Below, one piece after another: positions 10,415 through 19,100 of a stretch of 53,933 nucleotides of DNA. How positions within the stretch are numbered: the first letter of the stretch is position 1; each line of letters starts with the position of its first letter. The DNA is from Chrysochromulina tobinii (Eukaryota). Both the position numbers and the translations under genes were made by a program. Below the pieces are notes generated by a model. It saw only the letters and a program-made list of their open reading frames with translations. It made no database searches and had not been told where the DNA came from. The stretch covers positions 1 to 53,933 of the forward strand of contig JWZX01003251.1 of NCBI GenBank assembly GCA_001275005.1, in the 5' to 3' direction.

Positions 10415-10580
10415 TCGGAGGCGCGAGAGTCGAGAGGTGTGAACACACAAGTTCGTCAAAAACTTTCGATTACCCACCGGAACACCACGGGTCCTTCTTG
10501 TGTGTGTCCACACATGGTTCAATGCATAAATCGTGATCTCAGACTTACGTGCAAGCGCTACCCGCCGGGAAAAGACACTC

Positions 10581-11759
10581 TCACATGGGCGGTGGCAGCC
10601 CGTTGCCCTGCGCGATGGACGCCATGAAGTTGATCTTCTCGGCCTCCTTGGCGCACCACACCATGCCCTCGTCCGAATAAACCTCATCGCGGTCCATACA
10701 GAAGAGGATCTGGCCGTCGGCGCCGTCGTACGCCTCGACATCGGCCTTGAGCACGTACATGTCTGAGATCTTGCCCTTCTCCTTGATCTCGGACAGGATC
10801 ATCTCCTTGGGCACCAAAGCGTACGGGAAGTCCTTTGTGAGTGTGCTGAGCCCAAAGTACTCTTTGGACGTCGGGCCGAGGAAGACAGAACGTGCGGCGC
10901 CCTTGACACGGGGCGGTATGGGGCCCTCGGGCATGGGGGGGCGAGGCTTCTCCACCTTCGGCTCGGGCGGCTTCTCGCCGCGCGCGAGTGCCTCCGCTAC
11001 CAGCCGCTCCTGCTCCGCCTTGGCCGCCGCCTCGGCCGCCTCCCTCGCCTTCTCCGCCTCAATGCGCGCCGCCTCCTCCGCCGCCGCCTTCGCCTCGGCG
11101 GCGATGCGCTTCGCTTCTTCCTTCTTGGCTTTCCGTTTGGCCGCGCGCTCCTCCTTGAGCGCCAACAGCCGCGCCGCCTCCGCATCCGCCGCCGCCTTCA
11201 CCGCCGCCGCCTCCTCCGCAATGCGCGCCGCCTCGGCCGCTGCCTTGGCCGCCTTGATCTTGGCCGTGTAAGGATCGTCATCGAGGGCCTTGGACCAGGG
11301 CACGATGTCGGGCGTGACCACGCACGGCGACGTGTTCTTCCAGAACCCTTCCGGAGAGAAGTACACCACACCCTTGATCACCTGGCCCTCGTACTCCTGG
11401 GTGCACGACGTCTTGATCAACGGGTTGGCGGCGTACACCTCGGGCGCGGTTGGCCGGTTGCAGAACGGGTCGTGCGGCGGGTAGTAGTCGTAGAAGATGG
11501 CCGTGCCCACCTTGTCCAGCTTCTCCTCAGACGCGGCCGCGAGCTTGTTTGCTGGGTCGCGCGGGTCATCTTTGTAGAGCACGAGATTGTCGATCGGGTC
11601 GCCATGCCGTGCCTTGATGAAGGTCTCGAGCTCGGCGATCGACAAATACGGCAGCTGTACCTCGAGCTGGAAGTCCATCGTCTTCCACGGCACGCATTTG
11701 ATCTGCACCACCTTGACCTCAGGCGGCGGCGGTGGCGGCTCGGGTGGAGGCTTGGGCAT
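10581..11759 (-). CDS. Hypothetical protein: ubiquitin-like N-terminus, Ala/Glu/Lys helix, C-terminal region resembling the WDR63/IC140 N-terminal domain
   Basis: 392-aa ORF with strong GC3 bias. Domain resemblance is recalled by eye. Confidence 0.75.
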   Translation of the reverse strand: MPKPPPEPPPPPPEVKVVQIKCVPWKTMDFQLEVQLPYLSIAELETFIKARHGDPIDNLVLYKDDPRDPANKLAAASEEKLDKVGTAIFYDYYPPHDPFCNRPTAPEVYAANPLIKTSCTQEYEGQVIKGVVYFSPEGFWKNTSPCVVTPDIVPWSKALDDDPYTAKIKAAKAAAEAARIAEEAAAVKAAADAEAARLLALKEERAAKRKAKKEEAKRIAAEAKAAAEEAARIEAEKAREAAEAAAKAEQERLVAEALARGEKPPEPKVEKPRPPMPEGPIPPRVKGAARSVFLGPTSKEYFGLSTLTKDFPYALVPKEMILSEIKEKGKISDMYVLKADVEAYDGADGQILFCMDRDEVYSDEGMVWCAKEAEKINFMASIAQGNGLPPPM

Positions 11760-12219
11760 TTCAGCAACGACGAGCGTCGTAAGGAGCGCCCGATAAGGCG
11801 CTCCGAGAACCCCGTCAGACGGACCCGAGGCGTCTGATCACACGTCAGGACCCCCCTGTTACAGTATGATGATCTCTGTTCCGTGAAAATGTCGGGCGCC
11901 GCGCGCGCCGCGCGCGGAGCGGCGGGGGCGGTAGCACAGTCCGCATGTTGGCATGAGTCCTTATGAGTCCGGGCACCGGAGCGCAAGCAGCCGATAAGGC
12001 CATAACCGGCGCCCATTTCGGTCCATTTCGGCGCTTTCGCGGCGAGACTCCAATTATTCTCCAGTTACCCAGAGCACCTCTCCGTACCGGACCCGAGGCG
12101 TCACACTTCAGCCCTACTTCAGCCCCACCCTTGCACCCACCCCTATCATGAAGATGTTCTCTATCTTCCGTGTACATGCATGTGACGAGGTCGGGAGCTC
12201 TCTGGACTCGTCTCCTGTG

Positions 12220-14515
12220 CTACGACTCGCCGGTTTTGACTAGCACGCACCCGACCTCAGCGAGCGCGCGCGCCACGTCGAGTCGCTGAGCGTCCGAGTC
12301 GCAGGGAAGCTTGGCGACGCTCACAAACTTGGGGTACGACGCGAGCACGTGCTCGAGCGCGGGCGCCGCCTCGATGGCAAAATCAATCTTATCGGGCTCA
12401 TCCCTCTCGCGGTAGATGCGCGTGTTCTGGGCGCTGTGGTACAGGGCGGCGACCTCGAGGCCGTCCGCGCCGCCTCCCTCGACAGCTAGGCGCGCGACGC
12501 GTCGGGTGGTGAGCCGAATCTTGCTCGCGAGGGTCACCTGATTGCGGCAATCAGCGGCAATCAGATGCAATCAGATGCAATCAGAGGCAATCAGGTGAGC
12601 CGAATCTTGCTCGCGAGGGTCACCTGATTGCGGCAATCAGCGGCAATCAGATGCAATCAGAGGCAATCAGGTGAGCCGAATCTTGCTCGCGAGGGTCACC
12701 TGATTGCGGCATTCAGCGGCAATCAGCGGCAATCAGCGGCAATCAGCGGCAATCAGGTGAGCCGGATCTTGCTCGCGAGAGGCACCTCCTCCGGCGAAGC
12801 CGGCAGGCGCGACGCGTCGGCGGGCGCGTGTGCGATCGGTAGGCGCTCATGAATGTAACGCTGGCAGCAGAACATATCGGCCATACCATCGAGCGGCATG
12901 TGCTCGACAAGGTCGTGCAGCATTGCACGCAGGCGCGCCTGAATCGCCGCTCGGCGCAGCGCGTGCTCCGTCACCTCCGGCGCCGCGCCTGCAAGGGGCA
13001 GCCCAAAGGCGACTCATCAGTGGCAATCAATGGCCATCAGTGGCCATCAGTGGCCATCAGTGGCCATCAGTGGCCATCATTGGCAATTACCTGCAGGGGG
13101 CAGCCCAAAGGCGACTCATCAGTGGCAATCAGTGGCCATCAGAGGCAATCAATGGCCATCAGTGGCCATCAGTGGCCATCAGTGGCCATCAGTGGCCATC
13201 AGTGGCCATTACCTGCAGGGGGCAGCCCAAAGGCGACTCTCGCACGCTCGAGCTCCGCTGGGTCGAAAGGCAGGTGGCCATTCGCGGCGTCCTCGGCGGC
13301 GGTGGCGGCGGCGTGGGCAGCAGCGGCGGCGGCGTCGCCCTCCTCGTCGTTGGCATGCAGCAGCCCAATCCGATCGAAGAGGTCAGGTGGAAGGGTTTCG
13401 CGCCAACTCGGCTGGGCCACCGTCAGGGATTCCATGGCACCGAAGACGCCGAACTCAAGGAGATCCCTCCACGTGTGCTGACGACCGAGTGAGGCGGTGA
13501 CGTGGAGCGACGGGTGCGTCTGCGCGGCCGCCTGGTGCACGAAGCCGCGTGGAAGGTACAGCAGGTCGCCGGGACGCAAGGTCACCTGCCCGATCAGGCG
13601 GCCGAGCTCGTCGGGGAGCAGATTGGGGCTCGAGAAGCGCGGCAGCGCCTCATCGGAGGTGCGGGGGGCGTAGACACGCCACTCCTTGGTGCCCTCGAGC
13701 TGCAGCACGAGCGCGTCGATGTCGTCCCAGTGCGGTGCGAACCCCTGGCTGCCCGCCGGCGTGAGGTACGCATTCGCGCCCGCCATACACCCGAAGAGCT
13801 CCTCAAGCTGAGAGAGCATCCTCCATAGAGGGTCCGACCGACGCTGGGGCCACGAGAAGCGGATGGAGCAGCCCTCGGCGTAGCGCTTCCACACCTCCTC
13901 GGGCGTCGCGATCCCTTCGCCGTTGTGCGTCGTGCGCACGCCCCCTTCATACCGCGCAGCGTCCACCTCGTCCGTCCAGCGCATCCCTCCCTCACGGATT
14001 TGGCGCTCCATCTCGGCGCGCGAGAACCAGCCGTCGTAGTAGGTGCGATCGGTGCGCGCCACGTGCAGCGGCCGTCGGCCGTAGATCTCCTTTAGGAACG
14101 TCTCCGCACTCACCGGCCCGACGAGCCACGCGAGAAACTTTAGAGCCTTGTCGGAACGGTCGGGCATCGAGGCGATCTCCGGGCCCGTCTGGCCAATGAA
14201 GGCGCGGTCGTCGGTGACTGTCTCGAGCATCTCGGAGACTTCTGGCGCGGTCTCGATACCCCAGGCACGATCGGTGGAGGACGGCTCCTTATCCTGCTGC
14301 AGCTGCTGATGTGCCTTCTTCTTCTTGCCCTTGGGAGCAGCGGCGGCGGCGGCATCGCCGGATGGTGAGGACGTCGTCGTCACGGCGGACGGTGCCGCCA
14401 CTAGCCCTGGGGGTGGCGCCTCCTCATAGTCTTCGTCCCGCGAGCGCTTGAGCTCCTTCTTTGGCTTCTTTGGCTTCGGCGCCGGGGCGGGCAAGATCGG
14501 CGATGGCTTCGGCAT
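12220..14515 (-). CDS. RIOX1: Ribosomal oxygenase 1 / NO66 (JmjC, Cupin_4); exons 14515-13213, 12988-12786, 12537-12220
   Basis: GANAYLTPAGSQGFAPHWDDIDALVLQLEGTKEWRVY, LRPGDLLYLPRGFVHQA, SLHVT and YIHERLP motifs, plus a C-terminal ALEHVLASYPKFVSVAKLP. Introns are phase 1 and phase 0 and keep the frame. Confidence 0.9.
12538..12785 (-). other. 248-nt intron made of three units (86, 76, 86 nt), each a 30-nt copy of the downstream exon plus decamer satellite ending in CAG
   Basis: GGTGAGCCGAATCTTGCTCGCGAGGGTCAC (+ strand) at 12508 (exon), 12594, 12670 and 12756 (27/30 match), separated by (GGCAATCAGC)n-type repeats. Confidence 0.88.
12989..13212 (-). other. 224-nt intron made of two units (122, 102 nt), each GTAAT plus decamer satellite plus a 27-nt copy of the upstream exon end
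   Basis: CTGCAGGGGGCAGCCCAAAGGCGACTC (+ strand) at 13213 (exon), 13091 and 12989 (1 mismatch), separated by (TGGCCATCAG)n. Confidence 0.9.
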
Positions 14516-14660
14516 CGTCGCGACCACGTGGATGCTGTGAGTGTGAACGTTAACACGACAGACGCGACTACCGGGGCGACGGCACTGTTACTGCCTGCTC
14601 AGAATATACACACCTTACATGAGTGTGAAGAAAAGTTTTTCGTCCTTCCACCAACACATT

Positions 14661-15848
14661 TTAGTGCGCTTTTTGACCCGAATATGAGCCCACCTGCGAC
14701 ATGCTGATGAACTGGCTGCCCTTGAGGGCGGCCTCCTTGGTGAACCGCGGCTGACCGAGCAGCTGGTCGCGGCTCTCGCGGCTCCCTTTGTGGACCATGT
14801 ACACACGTGTGTCGTTTGGGAGTGGGCTGTACATGGCGCCGCCGGGCGTGCGGGTGTAGTCGAGCTTCTCCCCGCGCAAGTTGACGAGCGTCATGCGGAT
14901 GTTGGAGCGCGCGCTCGAGCCAAAGCACGAGGTGCTCCCGCGCACGGACGCATGCTCCCTGCCGTAACCGTCGAGACGCGTGGCCAGCGATGCTGCGTAG
15001 AGAGCGCCGGGCTGCGAGCCGTGCATTGAGCGAGGGCGCGGGGCGAAGTCGCTGATCGAGATCTCGTACGCTCCCGGCCCGGGGGTGGCGTCCGCGACGC
15101 CCGCGTGATTCCACAACGGCGTCGTGTCGACGAGTCGTGGTTGGTTGCTCGTGTGTGCCAGGCTACCGGAGCGGCTGTCATGCCACTGATCGGGTGCGCG
15201 CGCGTCGCCGATGAACTTTGGGCGCCGCGGCTCGAGCGAGGTACACAGGGAGCCCGGATGAACTTTGGGCGCCGCAGTCGGGTAGTCAGCCTTCGGCCGC
15301 CAGCGCGGCTGTGGTGCTTGGCGCGTCGATGACAGGTGCGCGAATGGCTCATAGTCGCCCGGCGCGGGTGTGGCATAGGTCGGGCCATCCGAATAGATGA
15401 CCAGCGCCTCGCCCGACAGCACAGTCGCGAGCTTCGGGCGCGCCGAGCGCGTGTAGCCCACACGAACGCTATCGTGAAGGTGCCCAATCGTGCCGCAGAA
15501 GGCCGAGGCATCATGGGTTGCTGGGCGTCTCGGAAGGTGCAAATTGCCCTGCGCACCTTGTTTGCCCTGCGATGAGGCGCGCGCGGGGCCTTCCAAGACG
15601 CCCTGGAACGTCGTGTTGCGGCGGATCGGACGATTAGTTCCGTTGTACGGCAGCGAATGGTCAAGATCGTGGATCGCCGTCGCCCGTGTCTTCACGAGCG
15701 TGTCGTGGGATGCAAAGGCGGCCCGTGTTTCGAAGGGCGAAGCGGGCTGCATGACGATGCGTCCGTCAGCGTCGTGCGTCGCGCACGCGCCGCGCTCATC
15801 GGTGACGGTGTACGATGCGAAGTTGGAGCTGAACGGGAGGTGCGGCAT
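14661..15848 (-). CDS. SHIPPO/ODF3-like PGP-repeat protein (putative axonemal microtubule-binding)
   Basis: TPAPGDYE, TPGPGAYE and TPGGAMYSP motifs in a basic, disordered ORF; ATG at 15848. Confidence 0.6.
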   Translation of the reverse strand: MPHLPFSSNFASYTVTDERGACATHDADGRIVMQPASPFETRAAFASHDTLVKTRATAIHDLDHSLPYNGTNRPIRRNTTFQGVLEGPARASSQGKQGAQGNLHLPRRPATHDASAFCGTIGHLHDSVRVGYTRSARPKLATVLSGEALVIYSDGPTYATPAPGDYEPFAHLSSTRQAPQPRWRPKADYPTAAPKVHPGSLCTSLEPRRPKFIGDARAPDQWHDSRSGSLAHTSNQPRLVDTTPLWNHAGVADATPGPGAYEISISDFAPRPRSMHGSQPGALYAASLATRLDGYGREHASVRGSTSCFGSSARSNIRMTLVNLRGEKLDYTRTPGGAMYSPLPNDTRVYMVHKGSRESRDQLLGQPRFTKEAALKGSQFISMSQVGSYSGQKAH

Positions 15849-16186
15849 ATGCAAGGGGCTGGGCAGCCCCTAGGTGGCCATCGCTCTCGAATCATTTTGC
15901 AACGGCGAATTCTGCGCATCACAGCATGCAAATGCTTCGAGGGGCCGCCAGCTACATTGTATTCATTCGAATCGAACTCCAGCACTTCACCATGTCAGCA
16001 ACCGCTCAAAACCACTCACTCGTTCTTACATGTAGTTTCATGTGAAATTGTACTCGTGTATGGTTCCTTGTGGCTGTCATGGGGGCTGTACAGGTCTCTG
16101 CATTCTGGATGTATGCATGGATTGGATGTATGTGGTTATCCTTCATTGTGCTTCTCGAGCTCCTGCGGTTGTATGTTGGCTCCATT

Positions 16187-19100
16187 TTAGCTCGCCTCCT
16201 CCTCTTCTCCATCCCCGCCCCCTCCTGCGCCCGTGAGCATCCCATCGGTCAGCGCCATGGCGACGTTGAGCATCGCCGTCTCGACGGTGCCAACCACCTG
16301 CTTGATCGTGCTGCGCGTGCGCCGCTCGGTGCGCGTCATGCCGTCCCATTGATTGAGGAGATTGTGGAGCTCCCTCTGTGACTTGTTGAACGTCTCCACC
16401 TGCTTGTCCAGCCGTGTGAACTCGATGGCCGACTTGCACACAAACCCCACCGCCACAGTGAGCGCAACGTACGGCGCGAGCTCTTGTCGCAGGCCGACCA
16501 TGACGGCGCTCAACGAGGAGACCACGAAGATGGCCACCTCAAGGCACTGCAACTCAAAGGAACGCCATGGCGCGGTCTTCTCAATGTACGCTAAGATCGG
16601 GCGGGCACGGAACTGCATGTAGTCGTCGATGTTCAGCGAGGTCATCATGTCGTCCTTGACGCGGACCGCGCCGCCGCCCTGTTCAACATCTGCGCCCGGT
16701 GCGGCGGCGGCCTGGCCAGTGCCGTCCTCTTCGAGATAGCGCGTCTCGAGGCGCTCGCCACGCGGGAGCGCCGTGATGAGCGCTTTCTCGCCGTGGCCCC
16801 CACCGCCCCTGCCTCCGTCCTCGACAGAGAGGGCTGTGGCCGCCACGTGCAGGCCGTCCCGTAGAACGTCGGCCGCCACGTGCAGGCCTTCCCGTAGAAC
16901 GTCGGGCGCGAGGGCCGTCTTGCTGGCCCAGCGCTTCATCTGTCTCACCAGGCGCTCCGCTCGTTTCCCGCCAGAAGCAGTTTGGCCTTCGGACGAATGG
17001 ATTTGATTGTCGAGATCTTTCGAGCCGGCGCCTTTCAATGAAGTCGCCGCCTCCTCCTCGTCCACCTGGCGCTCGATGATGATGCGAGTCCAGACGAGAC
17101 CGGAGAGGCACTCGGAGATGCGCCCGACGCTCAGGACGACCGCCCCGGCCGTGGAGACGACGACCCCAGCCACGGTACCCGTCAGTCCCGAGTACGTCCT
17201 CCGCAGATAGCGTCGCGTTGCATTGCCTGACGCAGCATTCGCGAGGTCCTTTTCTTTCCTGACGACCTCCGCCGTGAGCGCCCACTCGCGCAGCGTGACG
17301 AAGTAGATCCTCGAGGCCACGTGACGCTGCAGCGCCTCCAGCGTCTTGCGTTGAGCATCGCCGTCCACCTCGTCGACGAGAAGCCGCGAGGCGTCCAGCC
17401 CACCCGGGAGCGCGCCACCGATCCCCGTCCTGTGGGAAACCGACGCGCCCTTGCTCAACTCCGACTCTGTACTCGAGTAGATCAACTGGACGCGCTGCAC
17501 GAAGATGGTGCGAGCGAGCTTGTCCTTTACCTTGGCGGAGATGGGCGCGACCGGCTCATCGTCGCTCTTCTTCTTCTTATCGGCGGGTCCCTCCTGCGTG
17601 GCACGCATCGCCTGTGCGAGTTTCTGCCCATCGTATTCCATCGAGCGCGTGCGGAACTTGTAGATCTCGGAGACGAGCTCGTGCGAGGCCATCTTGGCGA
17701 CCGAGAACTTTTGGCGCTGGCGTAGGCGCGACGAGATCGTGCCGAGCAGCGCCACGAAGATGGGCAGTACGAGCATACCCGCGTCCAGGATCCAGATGTT
17801 TGACAAGGCCGGGATCTGCGAGATGACCGAGAGCAACGTCGTCAGCAAGCCGAATACGTAGAGGATACACTGCATCGTCCACGAGCGCAGGTTGTACACT
17901 TCGGCATTGTTGAAGAGGACCAGATGCCGGCTCCACGCGGTGGCGACCACCTTGATCTCAGCGTTGCCCAGGCCGAGTTCGGGGGGCGAGCCTGCGCTCG
18001 AGAAGCAGTTGGTGAACAAGTCGAGGAGCGACTCAGCCGAGCGCTTCATCACATCGGCCGTCTGGAACTGCTTCATCACAAAGTCGGGCGAGCGCTGCCA
18101 GATCTCGAAGAGCATGAGCGCCTCGGGGAGGCCAAAAGAACGCATCCAGTGCTCCGAGTGCTCGCCCGCCGAGAGGAGCAGGTCGACGCGCGCGAGCTCC
18201 TTGTCGAGCAAGATGATGTTGTCCAGGGCGAGCTTGCGGTTCTCCTTGGTCATGCGCTCCTTGCGCACATTCCTGGCCGCGCGCTGCTTGTACTCGGTGA
18301 TCAGGCGCATCACGAAGTCGATGTCCCACTTGGGCTTCATCAGGCGCACGGCCTTGATGATGTAGCTGAAGGCCTGCGCGATGCCGCCCGTCGATTCGAG
18401 CAGCAAAAAGGGCGAGCCCTCTTGGATGAAGTCGACGATCTTGCGGTGCTCGGCGGTGCTGCCGTGCATGAAGATGGCGCCGATCGTGCCGAGGACCGAG
18501 ATGATGGGCTTCGCCTTGAAGTCGACCGAGTCGAAGATGATGTAGTTGGTGCCGCTCGCGAAGAGCTGGGCGTCGTAGAAGATGCGCCAGATGCGCCCGA
18601 TGATCGGGCGCCGATCGGGCTGCAGGTCGACGTCGTACTGGTACTCGCGAAAGATCTCGATGACGCGCTTGCACATGCCCGGGTGGTTTGGATGCGAGTC
18701 GATGAGCTGCACCGTTTGATCGAGCTCCTGCGCCGAGGCACGCAGCCACGCGAGGCCCGCGGGCGTCACCAGCCTGCGCAGGTCCGCACGCGGCGTCGCG
18801 TAGTCAATGCTGGTCAGCTTGTACTCGGTGACCTTCTGCTCTTCAGGCGCGTCCAACTTCTTGTAAGCGAGCTCCTGGTCGATGAGAAACTTGCACTCGA
18901 TGAGCGCCTGGAGCATCGCCGCGGCGCGCTCGAGGCGTGGGCGCGAGTCCATCACGACCACCTTCGGGTTCAACCCCGTGTTGCCGCGCAGCGCGATCTC
19001 GATCATGAGCTCGGCCGTGGGCGACGAGTTCTGATTCTTGTCGATGACCAAGAAGACCTGGGAGAAGGTCGCGTAGTCGATGAGCACGGAGAAGACGTTC

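Noticed and set aside
11866..11960. C-box-like ATGATGA suggesting a C/D snoRNA (also near 31052)
   Set aside because: No suitably placed CTGA D-box or terminal stem.
12508..13239. CRISPR-like look: ~30-nt repeats separated by spacers
   Set aside because: The spacers are a decamer satellite, the repeats are exon copies, the context is a eukaryotic gene and there are no cas genes.
10581..15848. Functional cluster of flagellar genes
   Set aside because: Only two tentative calls, separated by NO66; chance adjacency is likely.
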